A model generated the notes under the pieces. The model worked only from the letters and a program-made list of their open reading frames with translations, ran no database searches and was not told where the DNA came from. From an uncultured Microbacterium sp. (GTDB lineage: Bacteria > Actinomycetota > Actinomycetes > Actinomycetales > Microbacteriaceae): a stretch of DNA of 64,000 nt. The translations under genes and the position numbers were made by a program. Shown here in pieces: positions 30,987 to 41,612 of this stretch (the first letter of the stretch is position 1; each line of letters opens with the position of its first letter). The stretch covers positions 891-64,890 of the forward strand of contig CAYNTU010000010.1 in NCBI GenBank assembly GCA_964400205.1, written 5' to 3'.

Positions 30987-32296
30987 GCGTTCAATCCTTC
31001 GACAAGAACACCGTTTTCGAGGGTCACGGTGCCGTTGTAAATCGTGTGGGTGACCTTGCCGGGAAGCGGCAGGCCGAGGTAGGGCGAATTGACACTCTTT
31101 CCGTGCAGATCGGCCTCGGTGAAGACGCCTGCAACCGAAGGGTCGAAGAGTGTGACGTTGGCGGGTGCGCCCACGCGCAGCGCACCGAAGCCTTCGAGGC
31201 GGCCGATCTTCGCGGGCGCAGCGCTCATGACGCGGGCGACGTCGTCCCAGCCGATGAGCCCCGTGCCGACCATGGTCGCATGTACAACGCGGAGGGCAGA
31301 TTCAAGCCCCACCATGCCGAATGCCGCTGCTGACCATTCGCACGCCTTCTTTTCGACGGGGTGCGGTGCGTGGTCGGTCGCGACAATGTCGATCGTGCCG
31401 TCGGCGAGGCCTTCGCGCACGGCGAGAACGTCCTCCGCTGTGCGCAGCGGCGGGTTGACCTTGTAGCGAGCGTCGTAGCCGCGAGTCTGTTCATCCGTGA
31501 GCAGGAGGTGGTGCGGTGTGACCTCAGCCGTGACGTTGATGCCACGCCTCTTTGCCCAGCGGATGATGTCAACCGAGCCCGCCGTCGAGAGGTGGCAGAC
31601 GTGCAGGCGCGAACCGACGTGTTCTGCGAGCAGCACATCGCGCGCGATAATCGACTCTTCCGCGACGGCGGGCCAGCCGGTGAGCCCGAGTTCCGCAGAA
31701 ACTGCGCCCTCGTTCATCTGAGCGCCCTCGGTCAGCCGAGGGTCTTGTGCGTGCTGCGCAATGACGCCGTCGAAGGACTTTACATACTCGAGTGCGCGGC
31801 GCATGATGAGCGGGTCGAAGACGCAATGACCGTCGTCGCTGAACACGCGAACCTTGGCGCGCGAGTCTGCCATTGCACCAAGTTCGGCGAGGCGCTCACC
31901 CTGCTGCCCGACGGTTACAGCACCGATCGGCTGCACGTGGGCGTAGCCAGCGGCTTCACCGAGTGCGAGTTCTTGGTCAACAACACCTGCCGTGTCTGCG
32001 ACAGGCATCGTGTTCGGCATTGCGAAGACCGCCGTGAACCCTCCGGCGGCAGCAGCGCGAGTGCCGCTCAGCACGGTTTCGGATGCTTCGAACCCGGGCT
32101 CACGCAGGTGCGTGTGGAGATCAACGAGCCCCGGCAGCGCTTGCAGGCCAGCCGCATCGATCGTGCGTGCGTTCTTGGGGGCGGCGAGCCGCGCTCCCCC
32201 GTCAGCGATACCCGTGATGATGCCGTTCTCGATCGAGATGTCGGCGGTCTTGCCGGTTGGCAGCGTCGCCCCCGTGATCAGCAGGTTTTCGGTCAC
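30983..32296 (-). CDS. pyrC: dihydroorotase
   Basis: 437 aa with the amidohydrolase HxH motif ([11 protein letters not shown]) and ATDHAPH. Confidence 0.95.
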   Translation of the reverse strand: MTENLLITGATLPTGKTADISIENGIITGIADGGARLAAPKNARTIDAAGLQALPGLVDLHTHLREPGFEASETVLSGTRAAAAGGFTAVFAMPNTMPVADTAGVVDQELALGEAAGYAHVQPIGAVTVGQQGERLAELGAMADSRAKVRVFSDDGHCVFDPLIMRRALEYVKSFDGVIAQHAQDPRLTEGAQMNEGAVSAELGLTGWPAVAEESIIARDVLLAEHVGSRLHVCHLSTAGSVDIIRWAKRRGINVTAEVTPHHLLLTDEQTRGYDARYKVNPPLRTAEDVLAVREGLADGTIDIVATDHAPHPVEKKACEWSAAAFGMVGLESALRVVHATMVGTGLIGWDDVARVMSAAPAKIGRLEGFGALRVGAPANVTLFDPSVAGVFTEADLHGKSVNSPYLGLPLPGKVTHTIYNGTVTLENGVLVEGLNA

Positions 32297-33267
32297 GATG
32301 CGTCTCCTTCGGGTGACGGTGCAGTTTCGGGGGCGCCTGCGAGCAGCAGGTAGAGCACGGCCATACGCACCGCGACGCCATTCTTGACCTGTTCCAGCAC
32401 GGTTGCCTGCGCCGAGTCGGCCGCTTCGGATGAAATCTCAAGACCGCGGTTCATGGGGCCGGGGTGTAGAACAAGCGTATCGGCGGGCAGGGCTTCGAAA
32501 CGCTCTTTCGTCAGGCCCCACTGGCGGGTGTACTCGCGCTCATTCGGGAAGAAAGCCGCATTCATGCGTTCGAGCTGGATGCGCAACATCATGACCGCGT
32601 CAGGCTGCTCTGCAAGCGCCTGATCAAGGTCGTAGCTGACCTTGACGGGCCAGCCGGAGACATCCTGTGGAATGAGCGTCGGTGGCGTCACGAGCGTCAC
32701 ATCAGCGCCGAGCGTCTTGAGCAGCCACACGTTGCTCCGAGCTACGCGGCTGTGCAGCACATCGCCGACAATGACGACCTTGACGCCGGAAAGATCTTTG
32801 CCGCGTGACTCGTCGCCGAAGGCACGCTTGCGAATCGTGAAGGCATCAAGCAGCGCTTGTGTGGGGTGTTCGTGCGTGCCATCGCCCGCATTGACGACGC
32901 CCGCGCTGATCCATCCGCTGTTTGCGAGTGTTTCGGGGGCGCCTGAGGCGGGGTGACGGATGACGACGGCATCCGCGCCCATTGCCTGCAGCGTTTGTGC
33001 CGTGTCTTTGAGCGACTCCCCCTTGCTGACGCTTGAGCCCTTCGCCGCGAAGTTGATGACATCGGCACTGAGGCGCTTGGCAGCGGCCTCGAAGCTGATC
33101 CGCGTGCGGGTCGAGTCTTCGAAGAAGAGGTTGACGACGGTCTTGCCGCGCAGGGTCGGAAGCTTTTTGACCTCGCGCTCTTGCGTGTCGCTCATGTCTT
33201 CTGCGACATCAAGAATCTGCAGGGCTTGTTCCCGGCCGAGGCTCTGTGTGTCGAGCAGGTGCTTCAT
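32293..33267 (-). CDS. pyrB: aspartate carbamoyltransferase catalytic subunit
   Basis: 324 aa with [17 protein letters not shown] and HPGPMNRG. Confidence 0.97.
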   Translation of the reverse strand: MKHLLDTQSLGREQALQILDVAEDMSDTQEREVKKLPTLRGKTVVNLFFEDSTRTRISFEAAAKRLSADVINFAAKGSSVSKGESLKDTAQTLQAMGADAVVIRHPASGAPETLANSGWISAGVVNAGDGTHEHPTQALLDAFTIRKRAFGDESRGKDLSGVKVVIVGDVLHSRVARSNVWLLKTLGADVTLVTPPTLIPQDVSGWPVKVSYDLDQALAEQPDAVMMLRIQLERMNAAFFPNEREYTRQWGLTKERFEALPADTLVLHPGPMNRGLEISSEAADSAQATVLEQVKNGVAVRMAVLYLLLAGAPETAPSPEGDAS

Positions 33268-33803
33268 GCCTCACCGTCCTCAATCGTGACGGCGTCTTGG
33301 CCGTCGATCTCAACGAGCTGCACGTTGACGCGCTCAGCCTTCGACGAGGGGATGTTCTTGCCGACAAAGTCGGGGCGAATCGGCAACTCGCGGTGCCCAC
33401 GGTCAACAAGCGTCGCTAGGCGAACGGCGGCTGGGCGACCAATCGCCTGCAGCGCGTCAAGGGCTGCCCGCACAGAGCGACCGCTGAACAGCACATCATC
33501 GACGAGCACAACCGTCTTGTTGTCGATGCCACCCGCGGGAATCGACGTCGGATGCGGCGCGCGTGTTGGCCGCTTTGCCAGATCGTCGCGGTACAGCGTC
33601 ACGTCGAGCGCACCGGTGGGAACGGCGGTTCCTGCGAAAGAGGAGATGAGCGATTGGAGACGATCTGCGAGAACAACCCCGCGGGTAGGAATACCCAGCA
33701 GAACAAGGTTGTCTGCGCCCCGATTCGACTCGAGGATTTCGTGTGCGACGCGCGTGAGCGCCCGCGAAACGTCTGCATCTTGAAGCACAGTGCGCTGCGA
33801 CAC
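33264..33803 (-). CDS. pyrR: bifunctional pyrimidine operon regulator / uracil phosphoribosyltransferase
   Basis: 179 aa with the PRTase motif [16 protein letters not shown] start preceded by GGAGAAGGGAG. Confidence 0.95.
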   Translation of the reverse strand: MSQRTVLQDADVSRALTRVAHEILESNRGADNLVLLGIPTRGVVLADRLQSLISSFAGTAVPTGALDVTLYRDDLAKRPTRAPHPTSIPAGGIDNKTVVLVDDVLFSGRSVRAALDALQAIGRPAAVRLATLVDRGHRELPIRPDFVGKNIPSSKAERVNVQLVEIDGQDAVTIEDGEA

Positions 33804-33817
33804 ATCCGCTCCCTTCT

Positions 33818-33833
33818 CCGCCTCACAGGACGG
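33818..33833 (-). promoter_or_regulatory. candidate PyrR-binding RNA loop in the pyrR leader
   Basis: The minus-strand RNA CCGUCCUGUGAGGCGG forms a 5-bp stem with a 6-nt loop and resembles the PyrR binding-loop consensus ARUCCAGAGAGGYU (the UCC..GAGG core is conserved). Its 3' arm abuts the SD, 14 nt upstream of the GTG. Confidence 0.4.
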
Positions 33834-33883
33834 TTTTAAAGGTTGCTTTCCTTTGAGTCTACGGCACGTTTATCGACCGACAC

Positions 33884-35494
33884 TCATTCGTCGTCGAGTT
33901 CGGCCGCAACCTCACGGGCATCGAGCCGGTGAAGGGCCCAACCAAGCACCTCAGGGTCAATTGCCCCTTCACTTCGCGCTCGCAGAACAGCAAAGCGCTG
34001 CGCACGAATGAGCCCAATGGCATCGGTCGTTCCAGCGGCTTTGGCGGCATCTGCAGCGGCCTTCATCTGCGACTGCAGCTCAGCGCGTTCTGCCGCTATC
34101 GCGGCGCGCTCGGCGCGCACCTCTTCCGGTGTAGGCTGCGGCAACAAGCCACGCGCGACGGCGGCGATAGTGCCGCCCTGGATGAGTAGCGAAAAGAAAG
34201 CGACGCAGTACGCCAAGAGCACGAGCTCGTTGTGCAGTGCCGCGGTATCGGGGATCGTTTGGGCCGCCGCCACGGTCACGGCGCCGCGCATGCCAGCCCA
34301 CACGATGATGGTGCCATCACGCCAGGTGAGCGGCTGCTCTGCGAAATACGCAAGATCGGCTCGCGCCTGATTGACGCGATGTCTGACGTACCGCTGCATC
34401 TCCTCTGGTGAGCGTCTGCCCGTTCGCGACGGTGGAACGTGACCGTCAGCGATTTTGGCGTCGATGGCATCGAGCCTTGGCGCGACACGCTGGCGGCCTT
34501 CGTTGCGCCGTGCGAGTTGCCCAAGCATGGCGAAAACGAAAATCGCACGAATCACGAGCACGATTGCGAGTGCCGCGAGAGCGAGCAGGAGCATACGGGT
34601 GCCCGTGCCTGACTCATCGCCGACGGCCTCCCAAATGGCCCGCAGTTCAGCGCCCATGATCAGAAACACGAAGGCCTCCAACACGAGGGATGCTGTTCGC
34701 CAGTTTGCGGCAGCCGTCGTGCGTTGGAGCGCCGAAAGATACTTAGGGGCGGCCTGGGAATGCACTATTCCCGCAACAACGGCAGCGACAAGCCCCGATC
34801 CCCCGCTCGCGTCTACAGGGAGCGCGACGGCGAAAGGCACGATGAACGAGATGACCGTATCGACGGCTGGGTTGTGCACACGTATGCGGAGCAGGAGTGC
34901 GAGCCACCCGCCGACAAGCCCCACGACCACAGCAGAGAACACCGACCAAGCGAAAGCTCCCAGTGCGCCCCAGAATGAGAAGGCGACTGCCGAGGCAGCA
35001 ATGGCCGTCTTGAGCACCACGAGCGCGGAGGCATCGTTGAGAAGGGATTCACCCTCGAGAATGCCGACAACACGCTTCCCCGCACCGGCCCGTTTGACGA
35101 TGCTGGTTGCAACAGCATCCGTTGGGCTAATGACAGCACCGATTGCGACGGCCCACCAGAAATCCAGCCCCGGGATGACCCAACTGAGAAATGCCCCGAG
35201 GCCAACCGTCGTGAGCACGACCAATACGACCGAGAGGCCAGAGATCGCCGTGAACTCACGGCGTAGCGTCGTGGCCGGCATATTGACAGCGGCCGAATAC
35301 AGCAGAGGCGGCAAGATAACCATGAGCACGATCTCGGGGTCGATCGAGAACGGATGCACAAAAGGCAAGAAGCCGAACGCAACGCCAACCGCGATCTGGA
35401 GCAACGGCGCCGGTATACCGAACTTGTCACTCAGCGCGGTCGTCGCGGCGACAACAACGAGCGCCCCGAGCGCAATGAGTACAAGCTCGACCAT
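33884..35494 (-). CDS. Na+/H+ antiporter (CPA1/NhaP type)
   Basis: 536 aa with about 11-12 TM segments followed by a cytoplasmic tail of about 130 aa, which is typical CPA1 layout. Confidence 0.85.
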   Translation of the reverse strand: MVELVLIALGALVVVAATTALSDKFGIPAPLLQIAVGVAFGFLPFVHPFSIDPEIVLMVILPPLLYSAAVNMPATTLRREFTAISGLSVVLVVLTTVGLGAFLSWVIPGLDFWWAVAIGAVISPTDAVATSIVKRAGAGKRVVGILEGESLLNDASALVVLKTAIAASAVAFSFWGALGAFAWSVFSAVVVGLVGGWLALLLRIRVHNPAVDTVISFIVPFAVALPVDASGGSGLVAAVVAGIVHSQAAPKYLSALQRTTAAANWRTASLVLEAFVFLIMGAELRAIWEAVGDESGTGTRMLLLALAALAIVLVIRAIFVFAMLGQLARRNEGRQRVAPRLDAIDAKIADGHVPPSRTGRRSPEEMQRYVRHRVNQARADLAYFAEQPLTWRDGTIIVWAGMRGAVTVAAAQTIPDTAALHNELVLLAYCVAFFSLLIQGGTIAAVARGLLPQPTPEEVRAERAAIAAERAELQSQMKAAADAAKAAGTTDAIGLIRAQRFAVLRARSEGAIDPEVLGWALHRLDAREVAAELDDE

Positions 35495-35563
35495 GCTCCG
35501 ATGCTAGAGCCTCGGCACGCCATTCTTGAGTTTGTACGCTTGGCACGAGCGTAGGCTGAAGCT

Positions 35564-35944
35564 ATGCCCGCTCGCCCGCTTCTCATTTTCGACGGTGACT
35601 GTGCGTTCTGCACGAGTTGCGAGAACTGGGCCGCAAAGCACATCGACCACGAGGCCGTCCCGTGGCAATTTGCCGAACTCTCGGAGCTTGGCCTGACGAC
35701 CGACCAAGTTCAAGAGTCAATCTGGCTGATTGACGGTGGCAAGGTCACCTCAGGTTCGGATGCCGCAGCCGCGCTACTCAAACACGCGCGCGCGTTCCAC
35801 TGGCGGTTTGTCGGGGAGCTTATGTCGCTGCCTGGTGTGCGTCAATTGGCAAGGCCCGCATACCGATTCCTGGCCAGACATCGGCATCAGATGCCGGGCG
35901 GCACGCCGGCTTGTGAACTGAAGCTCGGTACCTCAAACCTGTAG
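35564..35944 (+). CDS. thiol-disulfide oxidoreductase DCC family protein (DUF393)
   Basis: 126 aa with the N-terminal LIFDGDCAFC motif and the C-terminal YRFLARHRH pattern. Confidence 0.75.
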   Translation: MPARPLLIFDGDCAFCTSCENWAAKHIDHEAVPWQFAELSELGLTTDQVQESIWLIDGGKVTSGSDAAAALLKHARAFHWRFVGELMSLPGVRQLARPAYRFLARHRHQMPGGTPACELKLGTSNL

Positions 35945-35995
35945 GTTTCGACGCCCTTCCGCGGCGATGTCAGAGGTCAGCAATAGCCTGACCGT

Positions 35996-37303
35996 ATGCA
36001 AATCGCAATCCTCATTCTGCTTGTTGTGCTGCTCATGGCAGTCGTTGCCGTCGGAGTTCTCGTCTGCCGCCAGTCGCGCCTCGCTTCCGCTGCGCACGAC
36101 ACAGCACTGCGCGAAGCCGTTGCCGCGGCCTCGCGCGAGACCGCAACAGACCTGCGGGGCGATCTCGCCCAGCAGCGGAACGAACTCCTCACAGCGCTCA
36201 CGGCGCAGCGCGCTGAACTCGCGCGCAGCCTCGACGCCACGGGTGATCGCTTGCAGACGCTCACCCGCCAGCAGTTCGAGTCCCAGGCCGATCTGCGCAC
36301 CTCGCTGCACTCCGAACTTGGGCAGCTGCGAGAAGAAAACGCCCGCAAGCTTGAAGATATGCGGCTCACGGTCGACGAGAAGCTCCAGGGCACACTCGAG
36401 AAGCGGCTCGGTGAATCGTTCCAGCGTGTGAGTGAGCAACTCGAAAGCGTTCACAAGGGCCTTGGCGAGATGCAGGGGCTCGCACAAGACGTTGGCGGAC
36501 TCAAGCGTGTGCTGACGAACGTCAAGAGCCGTGGCGGCTGGGGCGAAGTGCAACTTGCTCGACAGCTCGAAGATTCGCTGTCACCAGAGCAGTATGAGGC
36601 GAACGTTGCCATCAAGCCTGGGTCCGCAGAGCGCGTCGAATTCGCGGTTCGGCTGCCTGGCCGTGACGCCGATGCAGCGATCTATCTGCCAATCGACTCG
36701 AAACTGCCACAGGAAGACTATGAGCGCTTGCTTGAAGCACAAGATGCGGCAGACAAAGAGGCCACGGAAGCTGCTCTCAAACAGCTGGAACGCGTCATCA
36801 TTGCGCAAGCCCGTCTCATCGGTACTAAGTACATTCACGTGCCGCACAGCACCGATTTCGCAATTATGTATCTGCCGACCGAGGGGCTTTTCGCAGAGGT
36901 GGTCCGTCGCCCGGGTCTGACGGTCAAGCTGCAGAATGAGCACCGCGTACTCGTGACTGGTCCAACAACGCTCATGTCGCTGCTCAACAGCTTGCAAATG
37001 GGGTTCCGCACCCTCGCGATCGAGAAGCGCACGAGTGAGGTGTGGGAGGTGCTTTCGGCTGCGAAGACCGAGTTCCGCAAGTACGGCGACGTGTGGGACA
37101 AGCTCTCGAAGCAACTTGCAACAGCCCAGAACACTGTGAAGGAAGCTGGAACCCGCACGCGCGGAATCGAACGCAAGCTCAAGAACGTTGAAGCGTTCCA
37201 GGCCTCAGAGGTTCACGCGCTTCTCGATGAGGTGCTCGATGAGGCAAGCGACTTAGCGGTTCTGGGCGACTCCACGCAGCACACCGTTGACGAAGTTTCC
37301 TGA
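35996..37303 (+). CDS. rmuC: DNA recombination protein RmuC
   Basis: 435 aa with an N-terminal TM anchor, a long coiled coil and a C-terminal RmuC nuclease-like domain (VEFAVRLPG..YLPIDSK..MYLPTEGL). Confidence 0.9.
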   Translation: MQIAILILLVVLLMAVVAVGVLVCRQSRLASAAHDTALREAVAAASRETATDLRGDLAQQRNELLTALTAQRAELARSLDATGDRLQTLTRQQFESQADLRTSLHSELGQLREENARKLEDMRLTVDEKLQGTLEKRLGESFQRVSEQLESVHKGLGEMQGLAQDVGGLKRVLTNVKSRGGWGEVQLARQLEDSLSPEQYEANVAIKPGSAERVEFAVRLPGRDADAAIYLPIDSKLPQEDYERLLEAQDAADKEATEAALKQLERVIIAQARLIGTKYIHVPHSTDFAIMYLPTEGLFAEVVRRPGLTVKLQNEHRVLVTGPTTLMSLLNSLQMGFRTLAIEKRTSEVWEVLSAAKTEFRKYGDVWDKLSKQLATAQNTVKEAGTRTRGIERKLKNVEAFQASEVHALLDEVLDEASDLAVLGDSTQHTVDEVS

Positions 37304-37663
37304 TTCGTCGGTTGAAAGCTCTTTCACGAGTTCAACTGCCTCGTTGATCGCGACAGCATCGGGAACATCGTCGTTGTAGAGAATTTCCCAACCGGCGATG
37401 CGCAGCGCGGCACGATCGACGGCCGGCATCCGCTCGAGCTTCCAGTCATGGCTGTGCGCTCCAAGGGCAGAATCAATCTCTGGCTTGTGGTCGATGACGC
37501 CATCAACAATTTCGCGCGCATAGGCCCATGATGAAGCTCGTTCGGGCTCACTTGCGGCGCGTTTACTGGCAGCCGCGAGGGCATCGCGCAGTTCATCGCC
37601 GCGAATATCTGCCGAAAATAGAATCTCGAGAGCACGTTTCCGCGCTTTTACGCGAGCACTCAC
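37253..37663 (-). CDS. nusB: transcription antitermination factor NusB
   Basis: 136 aa, SARVKARKRALEILFSADIRG.. and INEAVELVKELS. Confidence 0.93.
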   Translation of the reverse strand: MSARVKARKRALEILFSADIRGDELRDALAAASKRAASEPERASSWAYAREIVDGVIDHKPEIDSALGAHSHDWKLERMPAVDRAALRIAGWEILYNDDVPDAVAINEAVELVKELSTDESGNFVNGVLRGVAQNR

Positions 37664-37669
37664 GAAGGC

Positions 37670-38230
37670 TTACTTTTCGCGACCGAGGTAGTCACCCGTG
37701 CGGGTGTCGACCTTGACCTTGGTGCCGGTCTCGAGGAAGAGCGGAACCTGGATCTCGTAGCCCGTCTCAAGCGTTGCGGGCTTCGTGCCAGCCGAGGAGC
37801 GGTCGCCCTGGAGGCCTGGCTCGGTATAAGTGATCTCGAGAACAACCGAAGCCGGAAGCTCAATGTAGAGCGGCGTGCCATTGTTCATGGCGATGGTCGC
37901 CTGCTGACCTTCCAGCAGGAAGTTTGCTGCATCGCCAACGGTTGCTGCCGGCACGTTGATCTGGTCGTAATCCGACACATCCATGAAGACAAAGTTGTCG
38001 CCATCGTTGTACAGGTAGCTGTAGTCACGGCGGTCAACGTTTTCGATGTCAACCTTGGCACCAGCGTTGAACGTCTTGTCAACGACTTTGCCGGTCACAA
38101 CGTTCTTGAGCTTCGTGCGCACAAAGGCGCCACCTTTTCCAGGCTTGACGTGCTGGAACTCAACGACGCTCCAGAGCTGGCCGTCAATGCTCAGGACGAC
38201 GCCGTTTTTGATGTCTGCGGTGGATGCCAT
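37670..38230 (-). CDS. efp: elongation factor P
   Basis: 186 aa with [21 protein letters not shown]. Confidence 0.97.
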   Translation of the reverse strand: MASTADIKNGVVLSIDGQLWSVVEFQHVKPGKGGAFVRTKLKNVVTGKVVDKTFNAGAKVDIENVDRRDYSYLYNDGDNFVFMDVSDYDQINVPAATVGDAANFLLEGQQATIAMNNGTPLYIELPASVVLEITYTEPGLQGDRSSAGTKPATLETGYEIQVPLFLETGTKVKVDTRTGDYLGREK

Positions 38231-38312
38231 GTGTGCCCTTTTCGTTTATGCCCGTTGTGCGTGCTTTGCGTGTGTTCTTACGGCGAAAACCTCAGACAGT
38301 CTACGCGATGAG

Positions 38313-38771
38313 CTAGCCGTCAGCCTGACCGCTCAGTGCCTGGATGAGTTTCGTGGTCGCTGTGCGGTAGCCTTCGACGCCTTCGCCCGTGACGTGCACG
38401 GTTGCACCGTCTTTGAGATACGAGTGCTGCCGGAAGGGCTCGCGCGCATTGATATCGCTGATGTGAATCTCGGCGTACGGCAGATCCACCGAGCTGAGTG
38501 CGTCGAGCAATGCAACGGAGGTGTGTGTGAGACCTCCCGGGTTGATAACGACGCCAGCTGCGTAGTCGCGGGCTTCGTGGATCGCATCGATCAGCACACC
38601 CTCGTGATTACTCTGCAAAGCTTTGACGTCGAAACCGAACTGCGCTGCAGTCTCACGCACGAGTGTTTCAACATCGGCAAGGGTTTGCGTGCCGTACACC
38701 TCTGGCTGGCGGGTACCGAGCAGATTGAGGTTCGGCCCATTGAGCAACAAGAGCGTTCGCGAATCGGTCAT
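38313..38771 (-). CDS. aroQ: type II 3-dehydroquinate dehydratase
   Basis: 152 aa with LLLNGPNLNLLGTRQPEVYG and INPGGLTHTSVAL. Confidence 0.95.
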   Translation of the reverse strand: MTDSRTLLLLNGPNLNLLGTRQPEVYGTQTLADVETLVRETAAQFGFDVKALQSNHEGVLIDAIHEARDYAAGVVINPGGLTHTSVALLDALSSVDLPYAEIHISDINAREPFRQHSYLKDGATVHVTGEGVEGYRTATTKLIQALSGQADG

Positions 38772-38797
38772 TTCAGCACCTTATCCGGCGTGGTCGG

Positions 38798-39892
38798 CTA
38801 CGAGGCGATCTCTTGATAGGCAGCAAACAGCAGCGACTCGTCTGGTGCCTGCATGATGGAAGGCTTCCCGACCTCATCGAGCACAACGAACCGCAGCACA
38901 TCGCCACGTGCCTTTTTGTCTCGCCGCATTGTTGAAAGCAGTGTTGGCCAGGCCCCCGCCCGGTATGACGTCGGCAAGCCGAGCAGTTCGAGGATGCGCA
39001 CGTGCCGGTCTGCGTCTTCATCAGAAAGGCGGCCAGCGAGGCGTGCGAGTTCGGCGACGTAGGCCATGCCAACCGAGATCGCCGCGCCATGGCGCCACCG
39101 ATAGCGCTCGGTGTGCTCGACAGCGTGCCCCAATGTGTGTCCGTAGTTGAGAATCTCGCGAAGACCCGCCTCACGGAAGTCGTCCGAGACAACCTTCACC
39201 TTCATGTCGATGGCAAGTTCGAGGGCACGTCGGAAGGCGTCAGAGGTGGGGTCAACGATCGAGGCCGGGTCAGCTTCGATCAGATCGAGAATCTCGGGAT
39301 ACCAAATGAACCCGGCCTTGACGACCTCGGCAAAACCCGCGGTTGCTTCGTTGTGCGAGAGCGAGGTCAGCTCATTGAGGTCGCAAATCACGGCGCGCGG
39401 AGCCCAGAAGACCCCCACCATGTTCTTGCCCTCATTCGTATTGACGCCGGTCTTTCCGCCGACGGCAGCATCCGCCATCGCGAGCACAGTCGTCGGCACC
39501 TGAACAACATCAACACCTCGCAACCAGGTCGCAGCAACGAAGCCGGCGAGATCAGTTACGGCTCCCCCGCCGTAGCCGACGATCGCATCTGTGCGCGTGA
39601 AATCTGCCTGGCCAAGAATCTGCCAGCAGAATGCCGCAACTTCAATGCGCTTCCCTGCTTCAGCATCCGGAATTTCGGCCAGGAGAACCTCGCGCGGACC
39701 GTTCGAGGTGTCTGCCTGGATTCGTTCACGCAGTTCTGCGGCGCGCTCCGCCAGCGTCGGTGGGTGCACGAGCAAAACCTTGCGGGTGGCAGGGTTCAAA
39801 ACCTCTGCAACGCGCCCGAGGATGTCGCGCCCGATCTCAATGTCGTAGCTCGATGAACCCGTCACACTGATGGTCGTGATGTCACCGGTCAT
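38798..39892 (-). CDS. aroB: 3-dehydroquinate synthase
   Basis: GYGGGAVTDLAGF and LNYGHTLGHAVE motifs. ATG at 39892 forms an ATGA overlap with the aroK stop, while the track ORF extends to 39922. Confidence 0.95.
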   Translation of the reverse strand: MTGDITTISVTGSSSYDIEIGRDILGRVAEVLNPATRKVLLVHPPTLAERAAELRERIQADTSNGPREVLLAEIPDAEAGKRIEVAAFCWQILGQADFTRTDAIVGYGGGAVTDLAGFVAATWLRGVDVVQVPTTVLAMADAAVGGKTGVNTNEGKNMVGVFWAPRAVICDLNELTSLSHNEATAGFAEVVKAGFIWYPEILDLIEADPASIVDPTSDAFRRALELAIDMKVKVVSDDFREAGLREILNYGHTLGHAVEHTERYRWRHGAAISVGMAYVAELARLAGRLSDEDADRHVRILELLGLPTSYRAGAWPTLLSTMRRDKKARGDVLRFVVLDEVGKPSIMQAPDESLLFAAYQEIAS

Positions 39893-40410
39893 GTCTGCTC
39901 CTCGTCGTATGAGTCGAGCCACTGGCTGATCTCAGCGGCAAGCTTGGCCATGGGCAGTCGCGAGGTGTCGACCGTGAGGTCGGCAACTTCTCGGTAGAGC
40001 GGTTTGCGCTCGGCCGCGATTTGCTTCCAGGTTGCAATGGGGTCAGCCGTTTGTAGGAGTGGCCGTTTCTGCGTGTTCACGCGCTGTGCGACGGCTTCTG
40101 GGCTGATCGTGAGGTGCACGACCGGGAGGGTCGCCAAAAGTGCGCGGGTGTCCGAGTCTGTTACAGCGCCACCACCGAGTGCCACAACGCCACCGTTCGC
40201 AACGGCTTGTGCGACGGCTTCGCGCTCAAACGATCGGAAGGCGGCTTCGCCCTGCTCGGCAAAGATCGTGGCAATCGGCACGCCTTGCTCCTGCTCAACA
40301 ACCTTGTCGGTGTCGATGAGGGGCCACTCGCGCAACTTGGCAAGCTTTCGCCCGATGCTGGATTTGCCGGCACCCATGGGGCCGACAAGCACAACGACGT
40401 GAGCGCTCAC
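39889..40410 (-). CDS. aroK: shikimate kinase
   Basis: 173 aa with the P-loop [11 protein letters not shown]. Confidence 0.93.
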   Translation of the reverse strand: MSAHVVVLVGPMGAGKSSIGRKLAKLREWPLIDTDKVVEQEQGVPIATIFAEQGEAAFRSFEREAVAQAVANGGVVALGGGAVTDSDTRALLATLPVVHLTISPEAVAQRVNTQKRPLLQTADPIATWKQIAAERKPLYREVADLTVDTSRLPMAKLAAEISQWLDSYDEEQT

Positions 40411-41600
40411 AGCTCAGCGGTGCGCAGGGTCTCGGGAATCGCTGCGATGTACGAGTCAATATTGCGCTTCGTTTCGGCAACATTGTCGCCGCCGAACTTC
40501 TCGAGAATCGAGTTGGCGAGCTCGATCGCCACCATAGCCTCGGCAACAACACCCGCGGCGGGCACCGCGCAGACATCTGAGCGCTGGTGGTGGGCGGATG
40601 CTTCTTCGCCCGTTACGACGTCAATCGTGCGTAGCGCATGGGGCACCGTTGCAATGGGTTTCATACCCGCACGAACCCGCAGCGGCTGGCCCGTTGACAT
40701 TCCGCCCTCGATACCGCCCGCGCGATCGGAAAGGCGCGATACCCCGTCCTCGCCAACGACGAGCTCATCGTGCGCTGCTGAACCGCGTCGACGTGTCGTT
40801 TCAAACCCATCACCGACCTCGACGCCCTTGATCGCCTGAATGCTCATGAGGGCGTACGCGAGGCGCGCGTCAAGCCGACGATCCCAGTGCACGTGCGAGC
40901 CGATTCCCGGGGGCAAGCCGTAGGCGAGCACCTCAACGATTCCGCCGAGCGTATCGCCCGACTTCTTCGCGTCCTCGACCTCGGCGAGCATCTTTGCAGA
41001 GGTCTCGGCGTCGAAGCATCGCAGCTCATCGGCATCGAGCACCGCAACGTCGTCTGGTGTCGGCGCTGGGGAGCCAGCGGGAACCTGAACAGGACCGATC
41101 GCCAGCGTGTGACTCACAAGCCGGATGCCGAGTTCTGTCAGGAATGCCCGGGCAACTGCGCCGAGCGCGACGCGAGCCGCCGTCTCACGCGCACTTGCGC
41201 GTTCGAGAATCGGCCTTGCCTCGTCGAAGCCGTACTTCTGCATGCCAACGAGATCGGCGTGCCCCGGCCGAGGGCGCGTGAGAGGTGCGCCGCGGCCGCG
41301 TGACTTTTCGGTGTACTCGACCGGCTCTGGGCTCATGACCTCGACCCATTTGGGCCACTCGGTATTGCCAATGCGCAGCGCGATTGGGCTGCCGAGGGTC
41401 TTGCCGTGGCGCACGCCACCAGAGATGTTGAGCGCATCCTGCTCAAACTTCATGCGTGAACCGCGACCAGCGCCGAGTTTGCGGCGCTGCAGATCGGCTT
41501 GAATTCCCTCGCTCGACAGCGGCACGCCAGCCGGCATGCCTTCGATAATTGCGATGAGTTCGGGGCCGTGCGATTCCCCGGCGGTCAGCATTCGAAGCAT
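40407..41600 (-). CDS. aroC: chorismate synthase
   Basis: 397 aa with [15 protein letters not shown] and [13 protein letters not shown]-like [12 protein letters not shown]. Confidence 0.97.
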   Translation of the reverse strand: MLRMLTAGESHGPELIAIIEGMPAGVPLSSEGIQADLQRRKLGAGRGSRMKFEQDALNISGGVRHGKTLGSPIALRIGNTEWPKWVEVMSPEPVEYTEKSRGRGAPLTRPRPGHADLVGMQKYGFDEARPILERASARETAARVALGAVARAFLTELGIRLVSHTLAIGPVQVPAGSPAPTPDDVAVLDADELRCFDAETSAKMLAEVEDAKKSGDTLGGIVEVLAYGLPPGIGSHVHWDRRLDARLAYALMSIQAIKGVEVGDGFETTRRRGSAAHDELVVGEDGVSRLSDRAGGIEGGMSTGQPLRVRAGMKPIATVPHALRTIDVVTGEEASAHHQRSDVCAVPAAGVVAEAMVAIELANSILEKFGGDNVAETKRNIDSYIAAIPETLRTAEL

Positions 41601-41612
41601 GCTTCTAGTCTT

